Positions 11,100 through 22,533 of a stretch of 64,000 nt of DNA are shown in pieces (position 1 is the stretch's first letter; the number at the start of each line of letters is the position of its first letter). The stretch comes from Gammaproteobacteria bacterium (GTDB lineage: Bacteria > Pseudomonadota > Gammaproteobacteria > Eutrophobiales > Eutrophobiaceae), in contig WVYN01000021.1 of the NCBI GenBank assembly GCA_011772965.1, positions 23,243-87,242 of the forward strand, written 5' to 3'. A program made the position numbers and the translations under genes. The notes under the pieces are model-generated. The model was not told where the DNA came from. It searched no databases and saw only the letters and a program-made list of their open reading frames with translations.

Positions 11100-12443
11100 A
11101 TCAGCACGGAACGAAAATATTTCGGTACCGATGGTATCCGTGGATGCGTCGGTGAACCGCCCATAACCCCAGAGTTTGTGATGAAACTCGGATGGGCCGC
11201 GGGTCGGGTACTCGCTGACAAGGACAAGGGTCCTGTAGTCATCGGCAAGGACACCCGAGTTTCGGGATACATGTTTGAGTCGGCGCTTGAAGCCGGCCTC
11301 TCTGCGGCCGGAGTGGATATCCGTTTACTCGGCCCCATGCCCACGCCGGGTATCGCCTTTCTTGCAAAAAATACCCGCGCCCAGGCCGGTATTGTAATCA
11401 GCGCCTCACATAATCCCTTCCAGGATAATGGCATCAAGTTTTTTACAGGCGAGGGCAAAAAGTTGCCCGACAGCATCGAGCTTGAAATTGAAGCGGTACT
11501 GGATAAGCCCCTGGAGGTTGTTAGCTCGAAAAGACTCGGCAAGGCGAAGCGCATCGTCGATGCTCGCAGGCGTTATATAGAATTTTGTAAATCCTGCATT
11601 CGTCCAGGCATGGATCTTTCCGGTCTGAAGATTGTGATTGATTGTGCTCATGGAGCTACCTATGACATTGCTCCGCCTCTATTTGAGGAGCTTGGGGCAA
11701 GTATTATTACCATCGGCACTGAACCAGATGGCTTCAATATTAATGACAAGGTTGGCGCTACGTCCCCGGAAAACCTCAGGGGCGAGGTTATTAAGGCAGA
11801 TGCTGATCTGGGTATTGCGTTTGATGGAGATGGTGACCGTCTGATCATGGTGGATGAAAAGGCCGAGTTGGTCGACGGCGATGAAATTCTTTACATCATG
11901 GCTTGCGAGAACCTTGCAAACCTGAATGGTGCTGTTGTCGGTACCCTGATGAGTAACCTGGGACTGGAACAGGCGATCAAGGCCATGGAACTTGATTTTT
12001 TACGGGCCCCTGTTGGTGACCGCTACATCATGGAACTGCTCTATCAAAAGAATCTCATTCTGGGAGGGGAGACTTCGGGTCATCTGATAAACCTTAGAAA
12101 AACCACGACCGGCGACGGCATTATCTCGGCACTGGAAGTCATGCAGGCCATAAGCCGGACTGGCAAGACCCTGCATGATATTAAAAAAGGAGTGATCAAA
12201 TATCCGCAAAAGATGATCAATGTGCGCGTGACCCAACGCGTTGATCCATTAAAGTTAAACGGAATTCCTGATGCCATCAAGAGTGCAGAAATGGAATTGG
12301 GTAGCCGGGGACGGGTTCTGATACGCACGTCCGGTACCGAACCACTTATCCGGGTGATGGTTGAAGGAGAAGAATCCGGCCAGGTCGACAGGATTGCCGG
12401 GCACCTGGCCACGGAGATCGAGACTGCAGTTGCCCAACATTAG
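11100..12443 (+). CDS. glmM: Phosphoglucosamine mutase (start probably non-canonical ATC at 11100)
   Basis: ISASHNP phosphoserine loop and FDGDGDR metal loop. The conserved N-terminal RKYFGTDGIRG is encoded in frame at 11112-11144, upstream of the track's start at 11178. Confidence 0.93.
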   Translation: MSTERKYFGTDGIRGCVGEPPITPEFVMKLGWAAGRVLADKDKGPVVIGKDTRVSGYMFESALEAGLSAAGVDIRLLGPMPTPGIAFLAKNTRAQAGIVISASHNPFQDNGIKFFTGEGKKLPDSIELEIEAVLDKPLEVVSSKRLGKAKRIVDARRRYIEFCKSCIRPGMDLSGLKIVIDCAHGATYDIAPPLFEELGASIITIGTEPDGFNINDKVGATSPENLRGEVIKADADLGIAFDGDGDRLIMVDEKAELVDGDEILYIMACENLANLNGAVVGTLMSNLGLEQAIKAMELDFLRAPVGDRYIMELLYQKNLILGGETSGHLINLRKTTTGDGIISALEVMQAISRTGKTLHDIKKGVIKYPQKMINVRVTQRVDPLKLNGIPDAIKSAEMELGSRGRVLIRTSGTEPLIRVMVEGEESGQVDRIAGHLATEIETAVAQH

Positions 12444-12455
12444 CCGTCTGTCTGT

Positions 12456-13277
12456 TCATATATTACGTAACAATTCATTAATCCCGACCTTGCTGCGGGT
12501 CTTTTCATCCACCTGCTTGACTATCACGGCACAGTAAAGACTGTATTTACCATCTTTTGAGGGCAGGTTTCCCGAGACTACAACCGAGCCTGGTGGTATC
12601 CGCCCAAAGCTGATCTCTCCGGTTTCCCGGTTATAGATCCGGGTACTCTGGCCGATATAGACACCCATGGAAATGACGGATCCTTCACCGACGATGACAC
12701 CTTCCACGACTTCGGAGCGGGCACCAATAAAACAATTGTCTTCAATGATGGTCGGGTTGGCCTGCAGGGGTTCAAGTACACCCCCGATCCCCACTCCGCC
12801 CGAGAGATGAACGTTTTTGCCAATCTGGGCACAGGATCCCACGGTGGCCCAGGTGTCGACCATGGTGCCTGAATCGACGTAGGCGCCAATATTGACATAG
12901 CTTGGCATCATCACGACGCCAGGTGCCACATAACTTCCACGACGTGCCGTTGCCGGCGGAACAATGCGTGCACCGATTGTTTCAAAGCCAGCCTTGTCGA
13001 GACCAGTAAATTTGCAGGGCACCTTGTCATAGTAGTTGGTGAAACTGCCATCTATGACACGATTCCCTTCCAGCAGGAAAGATAATAACACTGCTTTTTT
13101 CAACCATTGGTTAACTGCCCAGTCACCATCTTTCTTCTCTGCAACCCGGAGCTTGCCACTGTCGAGACCATTGAGCGCTTTTGTCACGGCCTCTCTAAGT
13201 TCCTGGCTTGCAGATGAGGGGGAGATCCCACTCCGATTTTCAAAATGTTCGTTAATGATGTTTTCAAGCTGACTCAT
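12456..13277 (-). CDS. dapD: Tetrahydrodipicolinate N-succinyltransferase
   Basis: [48 protein letters not shown]. Confidence 0.97.
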   Translation of the reverse strand: MSQLENIINEHFENRSGISPSSASQELREAVTKALNGLDSGKLRVAEKKDGDWAVNQWLKKAVLLSFLLEGNRVIDGSFTNYYDKVPCKFTGLDKAGFETIGARIVPPATARRGSYVAPGVVMMPSYVNIGAYVDSGTMVDTWATVGSCAQIGKNVHLSGGVGIGGVLEPLQANPTIIEDNCFIGARSEVVEGVIVGEGSVISMGVYIGQSTRIYNRETGEISFGRIPPGSVVVSGNLPSKDGKYSLYCAVIVKQVDEKTRSKVGINELLRNI

Positions 13278-13278
13278 A

Positions 13279-14508
13279 TCATTTTCCTGTTGTTTTAGTA
13301 ATGTATTCTTTTATTCGGTTTGCAGCATCGATACATTCTCCGAGCGGAGCCACCAGTGCAATTCGAAGATGTCCCTTGCCCGGATTTATATCATTTGCCG
13401 TGCGGGAAAGGAAACTGCCTGGCAAAAGAGTTACGTTCTGTTCGGCAAAGAGTCCGCGGGCAAACGCTATGTCATCGCCATCTGCGATCTCTGGCCAGAG
13501 ATAAAAGCTGGCATCCGGCCTGTCAACAGTCATAAGGTTTGTCAGAATACCCAGTACAGCATCAAATTTTTCACGATACTGCCGCCGATTTTCTATCACG
13601 TGTTCCTCATCTTGCCAGGCTACGGTACTTGCGGCCTGGGTGAACAGGGGCATGGCACAACCATGATAAGTCCGGTATCGGAAGAATTCGGCAATGAGTT
13701 TTTTATCACCTGCAACAAAACCAGAGCGCATCCCTGGCACATTGGAGCGTTTTGACAGGCTATGAAACACGATGCATCGACTGTAATCATTTCGACCCAT
13801 TTCAGCAGCGACTTGCAACAGACCAACCGGCGGAGAATCTTCGCGCAGGTATATTTCCGAGTAGCATTCATCTGCTGCTACCATAAAATCATAATGGTCC
13901 GCCAATTCGATCAAATGTTGTAATTCGCTGCTGTTTATGACTGCGCCGGTAGGGTTTCCGGGTGAACAGATGAAGACAAGTTCAGTATTTTTCCAGACTG
14001 GTTCCGGTACCGAAGAGAAATCAGGAATAAAGTCCCTTTCCCGATAACAGTTGACATAATAGAGCGAGGCACCGGCCAGTAATGCGGCACCTTCATATAT
14101 TTGATAGAAAGGATTGGGGGAGACCACGACTGCATTCTTGTTATTTCGATTAATCAGACATTGTGCAAAGGCAAACAGTGCTTCCCGGGTACCATTGACC
14201 GGCAAGACATGGTGTCCCTGATGCAGACTACCCGCTGGCAGGTGGAAACGTCGGATCAGCCAGTCCACGATTGCTTGCCTTAAATCTTTATTGCCATGGG
14301 TCTTGGGATATGAGGCCGCACCTTTCAACTGTCGGGATAATTCCTGCAGAATAAAGCCTGGTGTTTCATGTTTGGGCTCACCTATTGACAAATCGATCGG
14401 TTGTTTATCGCTTGCCGGTTTTACCCCCGACTTTATTCCGGCGAGTTTTTCAAACGGGTAGGGTTGTAACAGATCCAGTCCGGGATTCATGAGGATTTTA
14501 TGATTCAT
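13279..14508 (-). CDS. dapC: Succinyldiaminopimelate transaminase
   Basis: [29 protein letters not shown] lysine in [15 protein letters not shown]; adjacent to dapD. Alternative start ATG at 14490. Confidence 0.92.
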   Translation of the reverse strand: MNHKILMNPGLDLLQPYPFEKLAGIKSGVKPASDKQPIDLSIGEPKHETPGFILQELSRQLKGAASYPKTHGNKDLRQAIVDWLIRRFHLPAGSLHQGHHVLPVNGTREALFAFAQCLINRNNKNAVVVSPNPFYQIYEGAALLAGASLYYVNCYRERDFIPDFSSVPEPVWKNTELVFICSPGNPTGAVINSSELQHLIELADHYDFMVAADECYSEIYLREDSPPVGLLQVAAEMGRNDYSRCIVFHSLSKRSNVPGMRSGFVAGDKKLIAEFFRYRTYHGCAMPLFTQAASTVAWQDEEHVIENRRQYREKFDAVLGILTNLMTVDRPDASFYLWPEIADGDDIAFARGLFAEQNVTLLPGSFLSRTANDINPGKGHLRIALVAPLGECIDAANRIKEYITKTTGK

Positions 14509-14545
14509 TATAAAAAAACGGCCTCGTAGTATAGGCTATCTGCAC

Positions 14546-15463
14546 ATGTCGACCAAAAATCTCTCAAGCCTTTTACCGATCCTGAGTTGTCTGATTGCTG
14601 CCACGCTTTGGGGATTATTGTGGTATCCCATGCGCTTGCTGGAAGCACAGGGTATCCCCGGGTTATGGGGGTCTTTATTGATTTACATTGCAGCCCTTTT
14701 GCCTTTGCTGCCACGGATGTTTTTGCACCTGGGGGGCTTTTCCAGGCAACCGGGGTTGTTATTCATAGTTGCATTGACAGCAGGCTGTGCCAATCTGGGC
14801 TTTATTCTTGCTGTCCTTGAGGGCACGATTGTCCGGATATTGCTGTTATTTTATCTCTCACCCATCTGGTCCGTACTGCTGGGATGGGTGGTTTTAAAAG
14901 AGCGACCGTCACCTGTCGCAGTGTTTTCCATCGTATTGGCTTTGACCGGTGCCTTTATCATATTGTGGTTACCCAATGAACCAAATCCATGGAATATTGA
15001 TCGTGCTGATGTCCTAGCCATAACTGCTGGGTTTGCCTTTTCTGTGATGAATATCTGCATCCGCAAACTGGGTGATATACCAATGATTCTTAAACTGATC
15101 CCGGCGTTCCTCGGGGTAATCCTGTTGTCAGGAATTGGCGTCCTGGTCCTGCAGCCGGTGCCTCCGGAGTTCAAGGCTGCATCCTTAATGCTGGTACTGG
15201 CAACCGGGAGCATCGGTATGCTAGTGATGACCTATACTGCGCAGTACGGTGTTACTCACCTGCCAGTTCACCGTTCCGCTGTTCTGTTTCTGTTTGAAAT
15301 CGTGGCTGGCGCAGTTTCTGCGATATTACTGACTGATGAGATTACAACAATCAGGGAATGGCTGGGTGGCGGCATGGTAATCATGGCAACCTGGATAACA
15401 GCATATGAGGCCATGAACGATAGGCGATCGCGCATATCCCAGTCGAAGTCCATTGTTACTTGA
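14546..15463 (+). CDS. DMT/EamA-family permease
   Basis: About 10 hydrophobic segments, two-repeat organisation, LFYLSPIW...LKER. Confidence 0.8.
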   Translation: MSTKNLSSLLPILSCLIAATLWGLLWYPMRLLEAQGIPGLWGSLLIYIAALLPLLPRMFLHLGGFSRQPGLLFIVALTAGCANLGFILAVLEGTIVRILLLFYLSPIWSVLLGWVVLKERPSPVAVFSIVLALTGAFIILWLPNEPNPWNIDRADVLAITAGFAFSVMNICIRKLGDIPMILKLIPAFLGVILLSGIGVLVLQPVPPEFKAASLMLVLATGSIGMLVMTYTAQYGVTHLPVHRSAVLFLFEIVAGAVSAILLTDEITTIREWLGGGMVIMATWITAYEAMNDRRSRISQSKSIVT

Positions 15464-15515
15464 GGTATGCTGTGCAACCTTTTTTATTCAACCCCCAGAC
15501 GGAATTTCACATACA

Positions 15516-16589
15516 GTGACAGCAAAAATTCTGGTGCTCCCCGGTGACGGTATTGGTCCCGAGATAATTGCAGAGGCTGAGAAAGTACTACAAGCCCTGA
15601 TTACTGATCATGAACTAAAACTTCAGATTGACCATGGTGCAATCGGCGGCCATGGCGTGGATGTGAGCGGCAAACCTCTGCCCGAAGAGACGCTGGAAAA
15701 AGCACGGGCATCCGATGCCGTATTGCTTGGCGCGGTGGGCGGACCCAAATGGGAAACCATTGAGCGTTCTTTGCGCCCTGAGCGTGGTCTATTGGCTATC
15801 CGTTCCGGGCTGGGACTGTATGCCAATCTGCGTCCTGCCATTGTGCACAGCGCGCTGGCGGACGCCTCGACACTGAGGCCGGAGATTGTCGCCGGTCTCG
15901 ATATCATGATCGTCCGGGAACTCACCGGAGGGATTTACTTTGGTGAACCCAGGGGTATGCGCCGTACTTCAGACAATCTGCGCGAGGGCTTCAATACCCT
16001 TGTATATAATGAGGCAGAGATTCGCCGGATTGCCGGTATGGCGTTTGAAGTAGCCAGAAAACGTAGTGGCAAAATCTGTTCTGTAGATAAGGCCAACGTC
16101 CTGGAGGCGACTGAGTTATGGCGCGAGGTCGTTACCGAAGTCGCTGCAGATTATCCCGATGTTAGCCTGCAACATATGTATGTAGATAACGCGGCTATGC
16201 AGCTGGTGCGGGATCCGAAACAATTTGACGTTATCGTCACGACCAATATGTTCGGTGACATTCTCTCAGATCTCGCATCCATGCTTACCGGTTCCATTGG
16301 TATGTTACCATCAGCCTCTTTGAATCAGACAGGCCAGGGATTGTATGAACCGATTCACGGTTCTGCACCGGATATTGCCGGTCAAAACAAGGCAAATCCA
16401 CTGGCAACAATATTATCCGTGGCTATGATGTTACGTTATTCACTGAATGAAATAAGCCATGCTAACCGCATTGAGGCCGCAGTAAAAAAAGTCCTTGCTA
16501 ACGGTCTACGAACACCGGACATTTGCCGCTCTGGAGATCAGGCCATCTCAACGACAGACATGGGTAATGCTATCGTTGCAGCCCTCTAA
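15516..16589 (+). CDS. leuB: 3-isopropylmalate dehydrogenase
   Basis: [38 protein letters not shown]. Start taken as GTG at 15516. Confidence 0.96.
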   Translation: MTAKILVLPGDGIGPEIIAEAEKVLQALITDHELKLQIDHGAIGGHGVDVSGKPLPEETLEKARASDAVLLGAVGGPKWETIERSLRPERGLLAIRSGLGLYANLRPAIVHSALADASTLRPEIVAGLDIMIVRELTGGIYFGEPRGMRRTSDNLREGFNTLVYNEAEIRRIAGMAFEVARKRSGKICSVDKANVLEATELWREVVTEVAADYPDVSLQHMYVDNAAMQLVRDPKQFDVIVTTNMFGDILSDLASMLTGSIGMLPSASLNQTGQGLYEPIHGSAPDIAGQNKANPLATILSVAMMLRYSLNEISHANRIEAAVKKVLANGLRTPDICRSGDQAISTTDMGNAIVAAL

Positions 16590-16633
16590 AGTACCTCTGA
16601 GTGACAAGAATCCGATTTAGGATAATTTGAACT

Positions 16634-17656
16634 ATGAGCAGAAAATTTAATGTTGCAGTCGTTGGTGCGACCGGGGCGGTCGGTGAAGTCATGTTATCCA
16701 TACTTGCCGAGCGCAAATTCCCTGTCGACAAGGTTTATGCCCTGGCCAGTGAACGTTCTGCAGGGAAGAAGGTTCAATTCGGCAGGCAGGAACTAGTTGT
16801 ACAGGAGCTGGATTCATTTGATTTCGGTGATGTCCAAATCGGCCTGTTTTCTCCAGGTGCCTCGGTATCAAAAATTCATGCACCGCGGGCCGCAGAGGCC
16901 GGTTGCGTTGTAGTCGATAACACCTCTCAGTTTCGCTATGACAAGGACATCCCGCTGGTTGTACCAGAAGTGAATGCCAGTGCGATTGCTGACTACAAAA
17001 ACCGTAGCATTATTGCCAATCCAAATTGCTCGACCATCCAGATGCTGGTCGCCTTAAAACCGATTTATGATGCCGTCGGCATCCGTCGAATAAACGTCTG
17101 TACTTACCAGGCGGTGTCAGGTACCGGCAAGGAAGCCATCGAGGAACTGGCGCAACAGACTGCGGCCCTGTTGAACGGTAAATCTGCAGAATGCAAAGTC
17201 TATCCCAAACAGATCGCATTCAATGCTCTACCGCATATCGACACTTTTCAGGACAATGGCTACACCAAGGAAGAAATGAAGATAGTCTGGGAAACCCGCA
17301 AGATCTTCGAGGATGAGTCTATCCTGGTTAATCCCACCACGGTTCGGGTAGCAGTCTTCTACGGGCATTCAGAAGCCGTGCACATTGAAACTGAAAAGAA
17401 GATCACGGCCGCAGAGGCGACCGAGATCCTGAGCAAGGCCCCGGGAATCGAGGTTGTAGATGAGCGGAAGGACGGGGGTTATCCCACCGCGGTGACCGAG
17501 GCCACCGGACGAGACCCGGTCTATGTCGGTCGAATCCGTGAAGACATATCCCACCCCCTGGGTTTAAACCTCTGGGTCGTATCTGACAATATCCGCAAAG
17601 GGGCGGCACTAAATAGTATCCAAATTGCTGAAATTTTGGTAAAAAGTTATTTATAA
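16634..17656 (+). CDS. asd: Aspartate-semialdehyde dehydrogenase
   Basis: VVGATGAVG, ANPNCSTIQ, QAVSGTG, DNIRKGAALN. Confidence 0.97.
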   Translation: MSRKFNVAVVGATGAVGEVMLSILAERKFPVDKVYALASERSAGKKVQFGRQELVVQELDSFDFGDVQIGLFSPGASVSKIHAPRAAEAGCVVVDNTSQFRYDKDIPLVVPEVNASAIADYKNRSIIANPNCSTIQMLVALKPIYDAVGIRRINVCTYQAVSGTGKEAIEELAQQTAALLNGKSAECKVYPKQIAFNALPHIDTFQDNGYTKEEMKIVWETRKIFEDESILVNPTTVRVAVFYGHSEAVHIETEKKITAAEATEILSKAPGIEVVDERKDGGYPTAVTEATGRDPVYVGRIREDISHPLGLNLWVVSDNIRKGAALNSIQIAEILVKSYL

Positions 17657-17942
17657 ACTATAGTTAAGTAGCTATTGTAAAGGAAGTTCGTAGGTTCAAA
17701 AGGGGCGAGATGTGCCTATTTTTTGGGCGGGTATTGATTAAAATTTAATCAGTTTGTTCCCCTCAGGAGTGGAGAAAATACGCTATTATTTTCGGTGACA
17801 AGTTGTTAACATATTGATAATTAAAATTTTTTTCAAAAATACTACTGGCCGGGGGCCGACACCGGGTTTTCGGCTATACCTGAATTTGATCACCTGATTC
17901 CACCAACAACAAAATTATGAATCCGCTTAGGACGTTATAGGA

Positions 17943-20900
17943 ATGAGAGCAAGGCTGTTAGTTTACGTGTTTCTGGCTGTGGCTCCCGGCCTTGCGCAGG
18001 CACTGGGTCTCGGCAAGTTGCAGCTTGAATCCGCCCTGAATGAGCCCTTTGAGGCCAAGATAGAACTGCTCTCGCCCACGGTTGTGGAACTGGACAGCAT
18101 GCAGGTGCAGCTTGCCGACAGCGAGGCATTTGCCCGGGCCGGTATTCCCCGAGCGATGGTTCTGCAGGAGTTGAATTTTGTCGTCAAGGAAACCGAGCGT
18201 GGCGGCGACTACATCCGGGTATACAGTGTAGATCCGATACGCGAGCCTTTTCTGAATTTTCTTCTGGAAGTAAGCTGGGACAATGGCCGTCTTTACCGGG
18301 AATACACCGTCTTGCTGGATCCGCCAATTTATTCCAATGAATTTACCCAGCAACGGCTGAGCAGTCCCACACGCAGTCAGCGTATGCAAATTTCCGCGCC
18401 TGAGCCCGAGCCCAAACCCCGTGCCATTGAAGACAATAGGGTGGTCTATAATCCGGAATATACACCGCCGCCTGCTTCACGTGTGGCCACGCCCCGTCCT
18501 CAGCCCGCACCAACAACCGGAACACGGACTTTTGTGGTAGGAGATCAGTATGGGCCGGTAGTAACCGGTGATACGCTGTGGTCCCTGGCAAAAAACCTGC
18601 GACCGGACACTTCGGTGAGTATCCAGCAAATGATGTTCGCGATCCTGCGGGCAAACCCGGAAGCCTTTATTAATGGAAACATCAATGGTCTCAAACGTGG
18701 TCAGGTATTGCAGTTGCCTGACATGCCAGAGATTCGCTCTCTGGATAAGGCCGAAGCCTTTGCCATGACCAATAACCAGAACGAACTCTGGGCCGAGGCC
18801 CGTTCTGCAGTAGCCGCCGCTGCACCTGAGCGTCCCGAGGGAGTCAGCGGCCGGGAAACTGCGACAGTCATCACAGAATCAGAGACAAGGGAAGCACCAA
18901 CACCGGAAGCAGCCGAACCAACTATTACTGATACGGAAGTCACTGAAGAGGGCCGTCCTGAATTGCGGCTGGTCACACCTGGAGAAGACGGTCAGGTAGC
19001 CGGCGATGGATCTGGTACAGAGTCTCAGCAATTTGATCGTGAGTTGGTTCTTGCCAGGGAATCCCTGGACGCGTTGACCCAGGAAAATGATGAGTTGCGG
19101 GATCAGATCGCAGAGACCGACGAGATCATCGATGATATGAAACGCTTAATTGATCTCAAGGAAAATGAACTGGCCATGCTGCAGGAACAGGTAGCTGCGG
19201 CTGCAGCCGAGGCAGAGGCGCAGGCAGAACCTGAGACGGAGCCTGAAACAAAAGCTGCTGAAGCCCCTGAGGATATGGCCAAAACAGAGCCAGCGAAGCA
19301 AGCACCGGCCACCACTGGAGAAACTGCCATTGATGAAGGCCCGCTCGGCTTTATTTCCGGAGTTCTGGAAAACATCACAATTCCTGAGTGGATGAAAAAT
19401 ATTCCCGAGACACTGAAGGGAATTCCCGCTGTCCTCAAAGATATGCCGGGCCAGATCAGTGGTCTGGTCGAGACTGCCAAATCGTACCTCAATTATGTGG
19501 CTGGTGCGGTCGGTGCCCTGTTGTTGCTTATGTTACTTTCTATCCTCAAAAAACGCCGTGCCAAGGCTGAAGAAAAGGCTGCTGATGAAGCTGCGGCTGC
19601 AATGGATGAGCCTGACATAGGTCTCATTGAGGAGGCCGGCAATGAAACGGATGTTGTGGATTCCGAGGCGGATACCTTACTGCCGGTTGGTATGGAAGAT
19701 GAAAGCGAGTTGCCAGATGATGATGTCGGGTTTGTGGAAGATATCGAAGATGTTTCGGACCAGACCCAAGTTATGTCTCCTGAAGGGAAAACTACGGTAA
19801 CAGCGACAGCTGTGCCGGCGGCGGATGAAACTGAGGAAGATCCACTTGCCGATGTGAACGTATATCTCGCTTATGAGGATTTTGATCAAGCCGAGCAAGT
19901 GGTCAAGCAAGCACTTGAAAAAGAACCTGACAACCTTAATTTTCATACCAAGTTACTTGAAGTCTACTATGCCGCCAACAACAAGAAGGCATATGAAGAG
20001 GCCGCAAAAGTCCTGCATGACAAGGTCAATGGCGAGGGCGATTACTGGACTATGGCCCTTGCCATGTGGCAGGAAATTTCGCCCAATCGGGAATTGTTTG
20101 CTGAACCTGTAGAGGGGGAAGAAGAGGAAGCCCCATCATCGACAGGGGGTAGCGGTATCGTCAATATTGCCGGTGATGGAGAAGCAACCGAGTCCGCCAT
20201 AGATTTTGATCTTGATTTGACATCAGCTGCTGATGACACACTGGATTTTGATGCACCGGAAGAAGTTGAAGAAGAGGATATTCTGGATGTCACAGCCGGA
20301 ACTGCCGGTGCCACGATGGGTACCCTGGCAGAAGATGATGATGAAGACGATATCCTCGACCTTACCTCAGTCCCGGAAGCTAGGGGGGATGATAGAGAAG
20401 ATAAAGATGCGATGGCATTTTCCACTTCTTCAGGCAGTGACGAAAGTGAAGGCCTGGAAGCCAGCGACATTTTTGATGTTTCCGGTGGTTCCAGCGAAGA
20501 ACAATCAATGGATTTCACTGGCAGCGCTGGAGAAGAGGCAGATACGACTTCCGAGATTCCCTCAGCACTTGATGACCACACGCTGGAATTTCCTCTTGAC
20601 CAACCCGGCAAGGATAGCAGCATAGATTCCGGGTCTACGGACGAATCTTCTTTTGATTTCTCTCTTGATTCTGATGATGAAGCCAAGGATCAAGCAGATG
20701 TTGGTGAAAGTTCAACTCCGTCGGGTGATGAATCATCTTTTGATTTTTCACTGGATGATAATGAGAGTCCAGAAAATGAATCTCCGGAAAACCTGAGCAC
20801 ACTCAAGCTTGATACAGAAGAAACAGCTGCTGAAGCACCTTCACTGGATATGGACCTGTCGCTGGATGATAGTGCAGAATCCGTTGAAGAAACCAGTGGT

Positions 20901-21602
20901 GTTGATACCAGCAAGCTGGATCTTTCACTGGAAAACGATGAGAACGCGGAGTCACGTTCTGTCGATCTTGACCTGTTGGACACCTCTTTTGATTTCGATA
21001 AAGACAAGCAGGATTCCGATCTTGAAGATGACATACTGGATGTTTCAAAAAGCAGGCCGGCCGACGAAGATCTCATGAATGTCAGTAGTACCAGTCAGTA
21101 TGAGGTGAATGATGACGACAACCTGCTTGATATTACAGCTACCCGAACTTCCATGGATGTTCCTGAAAGCGAAGATGCAGGAGAAGAAACTTTTGCTGGC
21201 AATGGCCTGGATCTGGATCTATCACTGGATCAAAGCGCTGAATCAGGCCAAGGTTCAGAGGCCACTTCGGATGATTATGAACTGGACCTGAATCAGACAA
21301 TGGAAATGCCGAAGCGTCCGGATGAAGCCAAACTCGCAGTGGAACCGGAAGACGATGACAGTCCTCGCGAGGTAAACCTGGAACTGGAAGATATTAATGT
21401 CGATGATTCGATTAAGGATAACGAGACCTTCACGGTCAGTTCTGATGATGAGGAACAGGATATTGCATCCCAATTGGATCTGGCCAAGGCCTATATTGAA
21501 CTGGGTGACATCGACAATGCAAAATCCATTCTGGATGATGTGATCACACAAGGTAACGATGATCAGCGGCAACAGGCCGAGGAGTTGCTTGGTCAAATCT
21601 AG
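17943..21602 (+). CDS. fimV: FimV/HubP polar landmark protein
   Basis: Signal peptide + LGLGKLQLESALNEP, LysM (GDTLWSLA...NPEAFINGNINGLKRG), coiled coil, one TM, TPR (DPLADVNVYLAY), long acidic region, C-terminal LDLAKAYIELGD; asd-fimV-truA synteny. Confidence 0.95.
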   Translation: MRARLLVYVFLAVAPGLAQALGLGKLQLESALNEPFEAKIELLSPTVVELDSMQVQLADSEAFARAGIPRAMVLQELNFVVKETERGGDYIRVYSVDPIREPFLNFLLEVSWDNGRLYREYTVLLDPPIYSNEFTQQRLSSPTRSQRMQISAPEPEPKPRAIEDNRVVYNPEYTPPPASRVATPRPQPAPTTGTRTFVVGDQYGPVVTGDTLWSLAKNLRPDTSVSIQQMMFAILRANPEAFINGNINGLKRGQVLQLPDMPEIRSLDKAEAFAMTNNQNELWAEARSAVAAAAPERPEGVSGRETATVITESETREAPTPEAAEPTITDTEVTEEGRPELRLVTPGEDGQVAGDGSGTESQQFDRELVLARESLDALTQENDELRDQIAETDEIIDDMKRLIDLKENELAMLQEQVAAAAAEAEAQAEPETEPETKAAEAPEDMAKTEPAKQAPATTGETAIDEGPLGFISGVLENITIPEWMKNIPETLKGIPAVLKDMPGQISGLVETAKSYLNYVAGAVGALLLLMLLSILKKRRAKAEEKAADEAAAAMDEPDIGLIEEAGNETDVVDSEADTLLPVGMEDESELPDDDVGFVEDIEDVSDQTQVMSPEGKTTVTATAVPAADETEEDPLADVNVYLAYEDFDQAEQVVKQALEKEPDNLNFHTKLLEVYYAANNKKAYEEAAKVLHDKVNGEGDYWTMALAMWQEISPNRELFAEPVEGEEEEAPSSTGGSGIVNIAGDGEATESAIDFDLDLTSAADDTLDFDAPEEVEEEDILDVTAGTAGATMGTLAEDDDEDDILDLTSVPEARGDDREDKDAMAFSTSSGSDESEGLEASDIFDVSGGSSEEQSMDFTGSAGEEADTTSEIPSALDDHTLEFPLDQPGKDSSIDSGSTDESSFDFSLDSDDEAKDQADVGESSTPSGDESSFDFSLDDNESPENESPENLSTLKLDTEETAAEAPSLDMDLSLDDSAESVEETSGVDTSKLDLSLENDENAESRSVDLDLLDTSFDFDKDKQDSDLEDDILDVSKSRPADEDLMNVSSTSQYEVNDDDNLLDITATRTSMDVPESEDAGEETFAGNGLDLDLSLDQSAESGQGSEATSDDYELDLNQTMEMPKRPDEAKLAVEPEDDDSPREVNLELEDINVDDSIKDNETFTVSSDDEEQDIASQLDLAKAYIELGDIDNAKSILDDVITQGNDDQRQQAEELLGQI

Positions 21603-21674
21603 AGAGCCATCGGTCTGCAGATCTGACCACGTTTCTTCCTGTTACTCACTTCTTTTCGGCATCTTTACTTTTCT

Positions 21675-22460
21675 ATGAAAATAGCGATTGGTCTGGAATA
21701 TTCCGGTGCAGCTTACTTTGGCTGGCAAACACAACCCCACGCTACCTCAATCCAGTCAATTGTAGAAACAGCCTTGTCAGAAGTTGCCGATGAGCCGGTT
21801 TCGGTTATTTGTGCCGGCCGAACCGACGCCGGTGTGCACGCTCTGCAACAAGTTATCCACCTGGAAAGCGGCAAGCAACGTGAAGCGAAGGCCTGGGTCT
21901 TTGGTGGCAATGTACACTTGCCTATGGACATCAGCCTGTTATGGGCAAAACCCGTTAGTGATGAATTTCACGCACGGTTTTCAGCGACCGAGCGGCGCTA
22001 CCGGTACCTGATATTGAACCGTCCAACCAGACCCGGGATTCTCGGCAAATTGATTACCTGGGAATATCGCCCACTGGATGTTGAATTGATGAATAAGGCG
22101 GCTGCTTGTCTGATTGGTGAACATGATTTCAGTTCCTTTCGCGATAGCCAATGCCAGGCAAAGAGCCCGGTCCGCACTGTGAAAAGGCTGGAAATCAGGC
22201 GAATGAACAACTGTATTGCTCTGGATATCGCGGCCAATGCTTTTTTACACCACATGGTACGAAACATAGCCGGCGTCTTGATGGCTATTGGCGCTGGCAA
22301 GGAACCCGTGACCTGGGCGCAACAGGTACTCGAAAGCCAGGATCGACGTCTTGGTGGAGTCACTGCACCCCCTGACGGCCTGTACCTGAAGAGCATTGAA
22401 TACCCCGAGCATTTCGGAATTCCGAGCCTGGGTGGGTCAGACTGGCCTGTCATGCTGTAG
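21675..22460 (+). CDS. truA: tRNA pseudouridine(38-40) synthase
   Basis: AGRTDAGVHA, FHARFSA, FLHHMVRNI. Confidence 0.97.
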   Translation: MKIAIGLEYSGAAYFGWQTQPHATSIQSIVETALSEVADEPVSVICAGRTDAGVHALQQVIHLESGKQREAKAWVFGGNVHLPMDISLLWAKPVSDEFHARFSATERRYRYLILNRPTRPGILGKLITWEYRPLDVELMNKAAACLIGEHDFSSFRDSQCQAKSPVRTVKRLEIRRMNNCIALDIAANAFLHHMVRNIAGVLMAIGAGKEPVTWAQQVLESQDRRLGGVTAPPDGLYLKSIEYPEHFGIPSLGGSDWPVML

Positions 22461-22533
22461 ATGGTAACATCGATGAGCTAATCAGCTGACAAGAGATAAT
22501 AACGGATATTGATCGGAGACAAGTTTGGTACAC

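Noticed and set aside
11178-11183. GTG/ATG at 11178/11181 as the glmM start
   Set aside because: Would delete the conserved RKYFGTDGIRG N-terminus encoded in frame upstream.
17735-17751. Palindrome TGATTAAA-a-TTTAATCA upstream of fimV as an FNR box
   Set aside because: Half-site spacing is 9 nt, not the 4 of TTGAT-N4-ATCAA; AT-rich, so it may be chance.
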